The translations under genes and the position numbers were made by a program. 64,000 bases of DNA from an uncultured delta proteobacterium (GTDB lineage: Bacteria; Desulfobacterota; Binatia; UBA9968): positions 28,021 through 92,020 of the forward strand of contig CAVUVW010000004.1 in assembly GCA_963745035.1 (NCBI GenBank), written 5' to 3'. Of this stretch, positions 53,084-63,751 are shown one piece after another. The first letter of the stretch is position 1. Every line of letters begins with the position of its first letter. The notes beneath the pieces were generated by a model, which saw only the letters and a list, made by a program, of their open reading frames with translations, ran no database searches and was not told where the DNA came from.

Positions 53084-54451
53084 ATGAACGCCACCCAACG
53101 CCTCGCGCGCTTCGCCGTCGATTTGAGCTACAAACAGATTCCCAAGGAGGTCATCGAGCGCTCCAAGGCGTGCATCCTCGACACGCTGGCGGTCTCGCTC
53201 TACGGCTCGACCAAGCCGTGGAGCCGGACCGTCAGCGGTTTCATCCGCGATACCGGCCTGCGCGGCCGCTCGACAATTTTCGGCGAAGGGCTCTCGGCGC
53301 AGCCGGCGCAGGCTACCTTGGCCAACGGCGTCATGGCTCACGCCTTCGAGCTCGACAATGTGCGTCAGCCGGGCGCGGGAGTTCATCCGGGAGCTACGGC
53401 ATTTCTCCCGGCATTTGCAATGGCTGAGGACAGGAAAGCCGACGGCAAATCGTTGCTGACGGCGTTCGTCGCGGCCTGCGAAGTTGTATCGCGGATCGGC
53501 GTTGCCGCGGGAAATTCGCTCGAGCGGCGCGGTTTCCATGCGCCGGGATTGACCGGCACTTTTGGCGGAGCGATAGCGGCAGGCCGGCTGCTGAAGCTGA
53601 ACGAGAGCAAGATGGTCAACGCACTCGGCATCGCCGGCTCTTACTCCGGCGGATTGATCGAGTTTTCCCGTTGTCAGGATGGCGCCATGGTCAAGCGGCT
53701 CCATCTCGGCAAAGCGGCCGAGGGTGGCGTGACTGCGGCGCTTCTGGCGAGCCGAGGCTTCGCGGGACCGGAGAGCGTGCTGGAAGGGAAGTTCGGCTTT
53801 TGCCAGACGTATTCCGATTCGCCGGAGCTCTCCTATCTGACCCACCGCCTCGGTCGCGATTTTGAAACCATGAACATCGGCATCAAGCGCTGCGCGTGCC
53901 ACATCAATGCGCACGCGCCGATCGAAGCCCTGCAGAATCTGCGGACGCAGATGGCTTTCCAGCCGCAAGAAATCCGTGAAATCGTCGTCAGCGGCATCGA
54001 AAAATTAGTGACACATCACGCGATCTACAAACCGAAGGATTTGATGATGGCGCAGTACAGCATTCCGTTTTGCGTCGCCTTAAGTCTATATGCCGACCCG
54101 ACGGATCCCGAATCCTTCAATGAGAAGAAACTCAAAGACAAAAAAATTCTCGCCATGATGCGCAAGGTGAAGCTCAAAGTGGACCGCGAGATCGAACAAA
54201 AAGGCTGGGACCGCGCCGCGCGCGTCAGCGTCGCCTTGGCAAACAAGCAGCAGCGGTCCGAGCTGGTCATCCATTTTAAAGGAACGCCGCGCAATCCGAT
54301 GAGCGAGCTCGACGTGGAAGAAAAGGCGCGTAAGCTGACCCGCGCGATTTTGCCCGAACGGCGCCTCGGGCGCTTGGTCGAGATGGTGAGAAGTTTGGAA
54401 AAAATCAACGATGTCTCCTCCATCGGTGCTTTGCTGCGTAAGGCCGGATGA
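53084..54451 (+). CDS. MmgE/PrpD-family protein
   Basis: NGVMAHAFELD, HPG, GFH, KRLHLGKAA, LEGKFGF, QYSIPF, KGTPRNP. Confidence 0.92.
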   Translation: MNATQRLARFAVDLSYKQIPKEVIERSKACILDTLAVSLYGSTKPWSRTVSGFIRDTGLRGRSTIFGEGLSAQPAQATLANGVMAHAFELDNVRQPGAGVHPGATAFLPAFAMAEDRKADGKSLLTAFVAACEVVSRIGVAAGNSLERRGFHAPGLTGTFGGAIAAGRLLKLNESKMVNALGIAGSYSGGLIEFSRCQDGAMVKRLHLGKAAEGGVTAALLASRGFAGPESVLEGKFGFCQTYSDSPELSYLTHRLGRDFETMNIGIKRCACHINAHAPIEALQNLRTQMAFQPQEIREIVVSGIEKLVTHHAIYKPKDLMMAQYSIPFCVALSLYADPTDPESFNEKKLKDKKILAMMRKVKLKVDREIEQKGWDRAARVSVALANKQQRSELVIHFKGTPRNPMSELDVEEKARKLTRAILPERRLGRLVEMVRSLEKINDVSSIGALLRKAG

Positions 54452-55573
54452 AGATAGCGCTGATTGAAACCTATCCGCTAGTCTTGTCGGTGCGCGAGAT
54501 CTACGGCGGCGCGGCGGGTTTCCTCGAAGATTGCAGGTCGTTGATCGTATGCGTGGAAACCGAGAACGGCATCGAAGGCTGGGGCGAAGCCACGCAAGGG
54601 CGGCCGGGCAACACCTACGAGACCCTCGAGACCATGGAAGTCATGGCGCAAAAATACTTTGCGCCGGCGCTCATCGGCATGGAGCTCGAAGAAACCGGCA
54701 AGGTACTCGGCAAACTCCATAGTGTTCGCTACGGCCATCCGATCACCAAAGCCGCTATCGAAATCGCGCTCTTTGATGCGCTGGCCAAATCGTACCGACT
54801 GCCACTCTGTTCGCTTCTCGGCGGAACATACCGGCGCGAAATCGAGCTGGTCGGTGGCCTGGGCATGGATCTTGGACCGGAAGCGATCGCGGCGCGTGCA
54901 CGCCAACTCGCGCAGGACGGCTTTCGAACCTTCAAGATCAAAATCGGCCAGCAGGATCACCGGAAAGACATCGAACGGGTTCAGGCGGTTCGCGAAGCGG
55001 TCGGTGATCACGCCTTGATCCGCGTCGACGGCAATGCGGCGTACTCATTTGTCGACGCTCGTTCTGTGCTGAATGAGCTCAGCCGGTATCACGTTGCGGA
55101 CGCCGAGCAGCCGCTGGCGCGAGGCGACCTGCGCCGGCTCGCCGAATTGCGCCGCGTCGTGGGCATTCCGATAGCTGTGCAGGAAAGCGTCAGCTCGCCG
55201 GAAGACGCGCTCGCGGTGCTTGAAGAGCAAGCCGCCGATTTGCTCAAAATAAAACTCACCCACATCGGCGGTTTTGAGCGCGCGCGCGAAGTCGCCGCGG
55301 TGGTCGGCGCCAAGGGACTGCCCGTGGTGATCGGGCAGGGCAGCGCTTGCACGACGATTCTTTCAGCGGCGGAAATGCATCTTCATTGCGCGACTGAAAA
55401 ATGCTCAGCCCGGTGGCGAAATGACAGGATTCCTGCGTTTGGGTGAGCAAGATATTTTTAGCCCGATCCCGGTGGTCCGAGGAAAAGCGTTACCGCCGAT
55501 GACCGCGGGGCATGGCATTGAAGTTAACAAGGAAAAATTGCAGCGGCTCGCGGCACAATTTAGAACCTTCTAA
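54448..55573 (+). CDS. Mandelate racemase/muconate lactonizing enzyme (enolase superfamily), frameshifted near the 3' end
   Basis: GWGE, KIKIG, RVDGN, EQP, KIK...GG, GHGIEV. Confidence 0.88.
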
Positions 55574-55603
55574 TTCACAAGCAATTCTTGTTCGATCTTT
55601 TCT

Positions 55604-55640
55604 AATCCCCTCTTTGGAAAAAGAGGGGAAGGGGAGATTT
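55604..55640. repeat. CCCCTCTTT...AAAGAGGGG hairpin (repeat or terminator-like)
   Basis: cccctcttt-ggaa-aaagagggg followed by aaggggagattt. Confidence 0.55.
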
Positions 55641-55716
55641 TGCTTGCCTTCCCGTCGGCAATGGAGCCATGACGATTAGAATGCGGCACCAAGCGCAAAC
55701 CGCGACCTAAAGCTTC

Positions 55717-57399
55717 ATGGCGACTAAAGCTGCCGATTGGATTTTCGCCAATGGCGAGATACTGACCTGCCATCCGCGCGTGCCTCGCGCAGAGGCCATG
55801 GCCATCGCGGGTGAGCGCATCGTGGCGCTCGGGAGCACGCGGCAGTTGCGGCGTTTGTGCGGGCGCGAAACCCGGTGGGTGGATTTAGCCGGCGCGAGCG
55901 TCATACCTGGAATCGTCGATGCACACGCCCACATGGATCGCGAGGGACTCAAGTTTCTTTATCCGTCGCTCGAATCCTGCCGCTCAATCTCCGACATCCA
56001 AGCGCTGATCCAGCGCTTGGCGGCGCGCAAGCGTGTTGGCGAGTGGATTGTGACAATGCCGGTCGGCGCACCGCCGTTCTATCTCGATGTTCCGGATTGC
56101 CTTGCGGAAAAGCGCATGCCCGATCGGCACGATCTCGATGCGGCCGCGCCGAGGCATCCGGTTTACATTCGCGGTATTTGGGGGTTCTGGAACACACCGC
56201 CGATCTTTTATGCCGCCAACAGCGCGGCGCTCCGCCTGGCGGGAATCACGCGCGAGACCGTTGCGCCACACGGCGTCGAGATCATCAAAGACGCGGCCGG
56301 CGAGCCGACCGGTGTCTTCATCGAGCACAACGTCACGCCGATTCTCGAATTTACTTTGCTGAAATCGATGCCGCGCTTTACAGCGGCGGATCGCTTGCAC
56401 GGGCTGAAGGACGCACAGCGACGCTATCACGCCCGCGGCATCACCAGTATTTATGAAGGTCATGGCGTGGCGCCCGAGCTGCTCAGCGCGTTCCGCGAGT
56501 TGCGCGACAGCGGCGGCCTTACGATGCGCAGTCATCTGACCGTGAGTCCGACGTGGCGCTCGCGGCTGGAGGCGGAGCGGGACATTCCGAATCTCGCATC
56601 TTGGGCGGGCGGTGGCGGCATCGGCGATGGAGTGTTCCGCGTAGAGGGCATCTATATCGGTTACGGGGGAGATGCCGAGATATCGCGCATTCTCATCGAC
56701 GGACTGCCTTACACCGGCTGGGCGGGATTTGTCGAGCAAACGCACGATCCGGAAAGTTATCGTGCCGTCGTCCGCTTGGCTCGAAGCTGCGGACTGCGGG
56801 TTAGCACGATCGTTGGCGCAAAGCTCGATGAGCTGCTCGCGATCTGGGAGGAGATCGATAGAGAGGCACCGTTACCTGGGCAACGCTGGACCCTCGTGCA
56901 TCTCGCGCGGGTTACGGCGCGCCAGATACAGCGGATCCATCGTCTCGGCGCGGTCGCGACGACCAATCCGCTGAGTCACATTTACTCTCCGCGCTCGCAT
57001 CGGATGCGAGATATCGGCGACGGCGAGGAATGGCTGCCGCATCGAAAATTGCTTCGTAGCGCGCTACCGTTCGGTATCGGCACCGACAACAAGATCGCCG
57101 ATCCTTTTGTGGCGCTGTGGAGCGTCGTTGCGCGCGAAGATTTTTCCGGTGCGGTAATCGGCCACCGGCAAAGACTCACGGTGAATCAAGCGCTGCGACA
57201 ACTGACGCTAGGAGGAGCGGCGATCATCGGACGTGGTCATGAGCTGGGTTCACTCGCGCCGGGCAAACTCGCCGACCTCGCCGTGCTGAACGACAATCCC
57301 TTGAAAATACCGATCTCGAAGATTTCCGAGATCCGAGTGCGATTGACTATGGTTGGCGGTGTGCCGGTTCATCGCGAAGATGCGCCAAAGGGCGCGTGA
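55717..57399 (+). CDS. Amidohydrolase family 3 (YtcJ-like)
   Basis: PGIVDAHAH, GEPTG, GTD, GSLAPGKLADL. Confidence 0.9.
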   Translation: MATKAADWIFANGEILTCHPRVPRAEAMAIAGERIVALGSTRQLRRLCGRETRWVDLAGASVIPGIVDAHAHMDREGLKFLYPSLESCRSISDIQALIQRLAARKRVGEWIVTMPVGAPPFYLDVPDCLAEKRMPDRHDLDAAAPRHPVYIRGIWGFWNTPPIFYAANSAALRLAGITRETVAPHGVEIIKDAAGEPTGVFIEHNVTPILEFTLLKSMPRFTAADRLHGLKDAQRRYHARGITSIYEGHGVAPELLSAFRELRDSGGLTMRSHLTVSPTWRSRLEAERDIPNLASWAGGGGIGDGVFRVEGIYIGYGGDAEISRILIDGLPYTGWAGFVEQTHDPESYRAVVRLARSCGLRVSTIVGAKLDELLAIWEEIDREAPLPGQRWTLVHLARVTARQIQRIHRLGAVATTNPLSHIYSPRSHRMRDIGDGEEWLPHRKLLRSALPFGIGTDNKIADPFVALWSVVAREDFSGAVIGHRQRLTVNQALRQLTLGGAAIIGRGHELGSLAPGKLADLAVLNDNPLKIPISKISEIRVRLTMVGGVPVHREDAPKGA

Positions 57400-57426
57400 T
57401 CCGCGCGAGGGTGTCTCAACGACCAA

Positions 57427-58173
57427 TTAGCGCAGGGTCTTGAGACGTGCTTGCATCTCGTTGGCCGTTATCTGCTGCCCATACAGAGGTCCGCCCTGGG
57501 CAAACAGTTTCGCGCTTTCCAGCGAGCCGATCACCACCGGATCGAAGCCCGCGTCGCGAACCAGTCTCGATGCCATCGCCAGAGCTTCTTTGTCATCTCC
57601 CGCGATGGGGATCGCCATGCGCTCGCCGGCGCGATTGGCATTTTGCGCAACGACTCGATAGTTGAGTGTGTTGAAGGCTCGGACAATCCGCGCCTTGGGC
57701 AAATATTTCTTTGATGTGGCGCCGATGCCGATCTCCCGCGCCTCTTTGGAAATCTCGCCGTCGCGCGACAGAACCGCGTTTCCCGCATCGAGCACGATCT
57801 TGCCGGCAAGCTCCTTCGCATAATCCTTGCCGATTTGGGGATACGCGCCGTAGGGCACCGCGATAAGAATCGCGTCGCCGAAGGCCAGCGCCTCACCCAC
57901 CGTGCCGGCGCGCGCCAGAGGCCCGAGTTCGTCGACCATCTTTTTAAGATTTTCCGGATTGCGCGACGAAAACAGAACTTGATGGCCGGCTTTGATCCAC
58001 AGGGCTCCCACCGTTCCGCCGATATTGCCGGACCCGATGACGCCGATTTGGATTGCCGGGGAGGTTTTCGACTGGCTGAAGACTTTCTCTGCGGTAGAGC
58101 TACAGAGCGCGAGAGAACTGCAGCGATCTGCCGCCAGCCGAAGTCCAACCCGAGCGATGGGCCTACACAGCAT
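57427..58173 (-). CDS. NADPH-dependent F420 reductase-family (dinucleotide-binding) oxidoreductase
   Basis: IGVIGSGNIG, AVP, VRAFNT, IAGDD. Confidence 0.85.
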   Translation of the reverse strand: MLCRPIARVGLRLAADRCSSLALCSSTAEKVFSQSKTSPAIQIGVIGSGNIGGTVGALWIKAGHQVLFSSRNPENLKKMVDELGPLARAGTVGEALAFGDAILIAVPYGAYPQIGKDYAKELAGKIVLDAGNAVLSRDGEISKEAREIGIGATSKKYLPKARIVRAFNTLNYRVVAQNANRAGERMAIPIAGDDKEALAMASRLVRDAGFDPVVIGSLESAKLFAQGGPLYGQQITANEMQARLKTLR

Positions 58174-58721
58174 GCACGATCCTCACGGGACGCCTCCTTG
58201 GTAAGACGCGAATGCAGCCGATGAAATAGGTCTTCGACCGGCATCAAGCCGACTATTCAAAGATGATAATAGAACAATCGGGATGCGTGGTCGATGTACG
58301 AATTTTATCAGGCCATTTACCATCTAGCGGAAGAGGGCGTCTCGAACGATATGGATCGTATGAGAAACTTCGCGCTCTGAATTCGCTCTGCCGGAGCCGT
58401 GCGAAGGTGATGCATGTCTTGCCAAATACAAAGCGATCCAAAACTGCGAGGCGGCAGTGCTTGCCGAGGAACAAGCGCGGCGCAGGCGCCAGTTGCAACG
58501 CAATGAATAGAGCCTATCAAAACAAGCCCTCAAGAAAGAACTCCGAAGCTCAAAGAACTTGAAGACCCCCAACAGAATTGAGCGAAACGCGATCGATACG
58601 ACGAACGGGGCGACCGATTTGTCGTTCTTGCCTTTACGACGTTGTGCCGGTCGTCCGTGGAATTTTCCAACACAGCTCGCACTAGCCGAACGCTCGCGCG
58701 CGGGTTAATCCGGCCCATCGT

Positions 58722-60085
58722 TCAGCGTATTGCGCGAGCGCGCGGCAGTGCAAGGTAGATTCCGAGCATGCTGAGAGCCCGGCGAATGCCCATGGATGCG
58801 GTGGCCCACTGTACGCTCCAATCCAGGACGCCAGCGCGCCGATGAAGATGCCACCGACCAGGAGAATGACGTGGGTCATATGGTAGAGCGCCATGGTTCG
58901 GCCGCGAAATTCCGATGGGGAGTAGGTTTGAATGACGGTTTGCGCCAAGGCGTGAGATGTGACGTGGACGACTCCGACCAGGCCCATGAGTATGACCGAT
59001 AGCTTGAACCATGGCGAGATCGCAAAAGCTGCGATGATAATGCCATACAACGTGACGCCGACCAGCATGACATTGATGCGCGGCACACGGTCGCCAAAAG
59101 AGGCGATCAGAAAGGAGCTGAACAAGGCGCCGACACCCATGGCGCTGAGCAGTAGGCCTTGGCCAGTGGCGCCGGCCTGGAGAATGTCGCGGGCAAACAC
59201 CGGCAACAGGGTCATGAACGGAATGATGAATATAGACGCCAAACGACAATCAGGAGGCTGGCACGCACAGCTTCATTGCGCCAACTGAATTTCCATCCCT
59301 CCAGAATACTCTTGGTGAACGATTCGCCGTCCCCGTGTTTGCCGTGCGCGCGGGAGGCGCTGCGATTGGAGCTCAACTGAATAGTCCAGATAGTCGCCAG
59401 AAAGTAACAGACCGCTTGCGCGCTGTAGGCGCCGCCGGTGCCGACGACAGCGATGAGAAGTCCGGCGATGGCTGGGCCGGCGCTGCGCGCCACATTGAAG
59501 ATAATGGAGTTGAGCCCGATGGCGTTGGTCAAGTGATTGATCGGGACGGCATCGCCGATCATGGCGGCGCGCGACGGCTGTTGGAACGTCTGGACGACCG
59601 ACATGCCGAAAGCGGTGACGTAAACATGCCAGGGCTCTATCCTGCCCGCGAAGATCAACGCTGCCATGATGGCGAACAGCACGCCGTCCACGATCTGCGC
59701 GATGAGCACCTGATTCTTGCGCGAGTAGCGGTCGGCGACGCTCCCGGCCAGCGGCGACAGCAGGAGAAGCGGAATCGCCTGCACGCCGCGCACCAGGCCG
59801 AGCTGCAAGGTCGAATTGGTGAGCTCGTAGAGCAACCAACCGCGCGCGACCTGGTCCATCCAGGTGGCCTGGGACGCGAAGACTTGCGCGTACCAGATCA
59901 GGCGGTACTCGCGGTAGCGCAGCGCCTCGAACGCGCGCAAACGGGTCAGTAACTGGATGGCTCGAGGAGCCGGGCAAGTGGAGGTTGCGGCTCGGATGCG
60001 CCCGGGGCGCGACCTTCTTCTTTCGCGCTCCTGGTGCGGCAATACAGGGCGGCGAATCCGGCGGCGAGGTCAAGTCGTTGCTCAT
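58722..60085 (-). CDS. MFS transporter (DHA3/MFS_3-like), frameshifted
   Basis: W.DQVARGWL.YELT, AGSVADRYSRK, NAIGLNS, RGR.MA.Y. Confidence 0.85.
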
Positions 60086-60240
60086 GCATCGTGTCGACAC
60101 CCGGCTCATATCATGGCTCAGGCAAAGCCTCCACCTTTTCAAGCCCGTTGACGATCTGCAGTTGTTTGGTGCGATCGACGGACGCGCAAGAGGCAGCGTG
60201 CCGCCGCACAATGCTACCAAGCAGTGATTCTAACGCGAGC

Positions 60241-61923
60241 CTACGCCCGCGTCAGCGGCCGATACTTGATCCGGTGGGGCTGGTCGGCGGCGGCGCCGAG
60301 GCGGCTCTTGCGGTCGGCTTCGTACTCCGAATAATTGCCGTCGAACCAGACAACTTTGCTGTCGCCTTCGAAGGCGAGAATGTGAGTGGCAATGCGATCG
60401 AGAAACCAGCGATCATGGGAGATCACGACGGCGCAGCCGGCGAAGTTTTCCAACGCTTCTTCGAGCGCGCGCAGGGTGTTTACGTCGAGGTCGTTGGTCG
60501 GCTCGTCGAGCAACAAAACGTTGGCGCCCTCTCTCAACATCTTCGCCAGATGAACCCGGTTGCGCTCACCGCCGGACAAGGCGCCGACTTTTTTCTGCTG
60601 GTCGGTGCCGGAGAAATTGAAGCGCGCCACGTAGGCGCGCGAGTTGACGTCACGATTGCCGATCTTCAACGAATCGGCCCCGCCGCTGATCTCCTCCCAG
60701 ATCGATTTTTTCGGATCCAGCGTGCGGCTCTGATCGACGTAGCCCAGCGCCACAGTCTCGCCGATGCGAATCTTGCCGCTGTCGGGTTTCTCCTGCCCTA
60801 TGATCATGCGGAAGAGCGTCGTCTTGCCGGCGCCGTTGGGTCCGATCACGCCGATGATGCCGCCCGGTGGCAGCTTGAATGTCATATCCTCGACGAGCAG
60901 ATTATCGCTGTATCCTTTATTGACGCCTTCGGCTTCGATCACGACGTTGCCGAGCCGCGGTCCCGGCGGCAGAGGAATCTCTAAGTCCTCGCGCCGTTTT
61001 TGCGCTTCCTGATCGAGCAGCGCCTCATAGGCGGTGATGCGCGCTTTGCCCTTGGCGCGGCGCGCCTTCGGCGCCATGCGAATCCACTCCAGCTCGCGCT
61101 CCAAGGTCTTCTGCCGCTCGCTTTCGGATTTTTCTTCGCGGCGCAGTCGTTCCTGCTTCTGCTCCAGCCATGACGTGTAGTTGCCTTTGAACGGAATGCC
61201 TTGGCCGCGATCGAGCTCGAGAATCCAGCCGGCGACGTTGTCGAGAAAATAGCGATCGTGGGTAACTGCGATCACCGTGCCGGGGTAACTCTGCAAGTGG
61301 TGCTCCAACCAAGCCACCGACTCGGCATCGAGATGATTGGTAGGCTCGTCGAGCAACAGAATGTCGGGCTTTTGCAAAAGCAGGCGGCACAACGCGACCC
61401 GGCGGCGTTCGCCGCCGGATAAGATCTTCACCGGCGTGTCCGGCGGAGAACAGCGCAGCGCATCCATAGCCATCTCCAGCCGCGCGTCGAGATCCCAGGC
61501 ATCCTGCTGGTCGAGCTTCTCCTGCACCTCGCCTTGCCGCTCGAGGAGCTTGTTCATTTCGTCTTCGGACATTTCCTCGGCAAACTTGGCGTTGATCTCT
61601 TCGAACTCTTTCAAAAGATTGACGGTCTCCTGCACCGCTTCCTCGACAACCTGTCGCACGGTGCGCGAATCGTCGATCAACGGTTCCTGCTCGAGAAACC
61701 CCACCGTATACCCCGGCGAGAGCACCGCTTCGCCGTTAATCTCCTTATCGGCACCCGCCATGATGCGGAGCAGCGATGATTTGCCCGAGCCGTTGAGGCC
61801 GATTACGCCGATCTTGGCGCCGTAAAAGTAGGAGAGATAAATGTCTTTGAGGACCGGCCGCTTGTCGTAATACTTGCTGACACCGACCATCGAGTAGATG
61901 ACTTTGTTGGGTTCTATGGCCAT
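60241..61923 (-). CDS. ettA: Energy-dependent translational throttle ABC-F protein EttA
   Basis: YFYGAKIGVIGLNGSGKS, two ABC domains, ELEWIR linker, C-terminal PHRIKYRPL. Confidence 0.96.
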   Translation of the reverse strand: MAIEPNKVIYSMVGVSKYYDKRPVLKDIYLSYFYGAKIGVIGLNGSGKSSLLRIMAGADKEINGEAVLSPGYTVGFLEQEPLIDDSRTVRQVVEEAVQETVNLLKEFEEINAKFAEEMSEDEMNKLLERQGEVQEKLDQQDAWDLDARLEMAMDALRCSPPDTPVKILSGGERRRVALCRLLLQKPDILLLDEPTNHLDAESVAWLEHHLQSYPGTVIAVTHDRYFLDNVAGWILELDRGQGIPFKGNYTSWLEQKQERLRREEKSESERQKTLERELEWIRMAPKARRAKGKARITAYEALLDQEAQKRREDLEIPLPPGPRLGNVVIEAEGVNKGYSDNLLVEDMTFKLPPGGIIGVIGPNGAGKTTLFRMIIGQEKPDSGKIRIGETVALGYVDQSRTLDPKKSIWEEISGGADSLKIGNRDVNSRAYVARFNFSGTDQQKKVGALSGGERNRVHLAKMLREGANVLLLDEPTNDLDVNTLRALEEALENFAGCAVVISHDRWFLDRIATHILAFEGDSKVVWFDGNYSEYEADRKSRLGAAADQPHRIKYRPLTRA

Positions 61924-62053
61924 ATAGAGAACTCTTTAGAATTGAAATCTAACTTCTTTCAAAACTCTGCACAACTTGGCGCCTCAGAAAGTGGCGGGTG
62001 CCGGCGAAGCGGAATCGAGAAGTTCTGCGGGCCGTAGTCGTGAGCTGTGAAAC

Positions 62054-63283
62054 TCAATTCGCCGTGAGGGTTGAATTGTTTTTCCCTGGGAGTGTTAGGT
62101 AAATTAACAAGTATGCCGGAGCCAGCCAGAAGTAGTAATAATCGCTGACGAGCACGAATTTGAGGAGTAGATAGAGTAGATTAATGAGACCATAGGAAAG
62201 CAATGTCCCGTTCTTATACCAAACGGCATTCCCGCGAGTGAGTAAAACAAGCCCGTGGATGACGGCCGGAAGCAAGATGACGTAGTCATAGGTCCAGGCA
62301 TACGCACTCATTGTCAACGAAACCAAAAGAATAATAGGCATTTGTTCATGCCATTCCCAATGGTCCTTGTAACGCGTCCAATGCCAAACGAACCACAATA
62401 CCCCCAATAGCGGCGGTAAGAATTGAATCGGTAGGCTGGTGTGCGGAATAGATGCTGTCAATAGGCTGCCGAGGCTGGGCGCGGGTAACTCGAAGGGCGT
62501 GGTACGTCCCGGATTTCTGTACATCTCAAAAAACTGAGAGTAAACCGCGGGATCGATCATCGCCGGGATCGCGGCAATGATTAAGCCGGCAACCAGCGCT
62601 CCCAGTGCGACCATCCAGCGGCTTTGGTGCACGATCCACAATAGGATGCCGAGCCAAAACAAATACGCTAAGTGGGGTTTGACAGATATCAGAGTTGTCG
62701 CAATTCCCGCTAAGAGCCAATTGTTTTTCTTCTCAAAGTGAAGAAAGCCCACGATTCCTAGCAAAATGAGCGGTGAAATCTGGCCTAAGATCAAGACAAA
62801 CCAAGTTGGAATGAAAGTTAAAGCAGCCAACCAGGGCAAATAGGTTTTTCCTTCAGCTTGACCATAGATTACCCATAGCTTTTGTGCCGACACCAGCGTC
62901 AAGAGAACATGTAGCAGCAGCCACAGAAATTGGCTAAGGCGAAAGTCCATGGCGCCAAACGGCAGAACAAACGAAAGCGTCCACGGTGGGTTCCACATCA
63001 GAAGCGGCTTGGAATCGGTGAAACCGACCGATTTTTGTAACTCCAGGACTTCGGCCGGCGAGAAAGGGTTTCCACCCTGTATCAGCAATCGCGCGGCGGC
63101 CCAAAAATCAACGAAATCCGTGACCGCGCCTAGGCTTTGACCGCCGTGCGATTCGGCAAATGCCGATGACCAAGAAAGCAGTGTGAGCAAAAAACAAATG
63201 ATAATTGCACAGTGCGCAGCCGCGACCGCCAGACGGAACCGGGCCTCACGCAATTTACCAACGAATCTCTTCCTATGATTCAT
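62054..63283 (-). CDS. GT-C fold membrane glycosyltransferase (GT87/DUF2029)
   Basis: DF.DFWAA, WNPPW, LGQ, KPHL, AWTYD; ~10 TM segments; visibly more AT-rich than neighbours. Confidence 0.82.
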   Translation of the reverse strand: MNHRKRFVGKLREARFRLAVAAAHCAIIICFLLTLLSWSSAFAESHGGQSLGAVTDFVDFWAAARLLIQGGNPFSPAEVLELQKSVGFTDSKPLLMWNPPWTLSFVLPFGAMDFRLSQFLWLLLHVLLTLVSAQKLWVIYGQAEGKTYLPWLAALTFIPTWFVLILGQISPLILLGIVGFLHFEKKNNWLLAGIATTLISVKPHLAYLFWLGILLWIVHQSRWMVALGALVAGLIIAAIPAMIDPAVYSQFFEMYRNPGRTTPFELPAPSLGSLLTASIPHTSLPIQFLPPLLGVLWFVWHWTRYKDHWEWHEQMPIILLVSLTMSAYAWTYDYVILLPAVIHGLVLLTRGNAVWYKNGTLLSYGLINLLYLLLKFVLVSDYYYFWLAPAYLLIYLTLPGKNNSTLTAN

Positions 63284-63291
63284 CGCCGCGT

Positions 63292-63582
63292 CTAAGATTC
63301 CTTGACGACTTGCCGCACCGTGCGCGAATCGTCGATCAAGGGTTCCTGCTCCAAAAATCCGACGGTATACCCCGGCGAGAGCACGGCTTCGCCGTTGCTC
63401 TCCTTATCGACGCCCGCCATGATCCGCAGCAGCGACGACTTGCCCGAGCCGTTGAGTCCGATCACGCCGATCTTGGCGCCGTAGAAGTAGGAAAGGTAGA
63501 TGTCCTCGAGGACCGGCCGCTTGTCGTAATACTTGCTGACGCCGACCATCGAATAGATCACTTTGTTGGGTTTTGTGGACAT
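63292..63582 (-). pseudogene. ettA: Truncated 5' copy of ettA (96 codons)
   Basis: Near-identical to the EttA N-terminus up to VRQVV, then KES-stop. Confidence 0.88.
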
Positions 63583-63751
63583 ATTTCGCCATCACTTAAC
63601 ATCTGTATTCAATTTCCGCACGCTAACCTGTCAGGTTGGATCCTGCAACATTGTGTCCCGAGAACCGCCAGAATTCCATTTCTACATAAGCAAAATGGAG
63701 CTATCCTGCCATCGCTTCCGACGATCGATTGCTCAAAGGAAGGAGAAAACC

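Noticed and set aside
58520-58585. Weak ~9-bp periodic AAGAACTC-like tract
   Set aside because: Too degenerate to define a repeat unit with confidence
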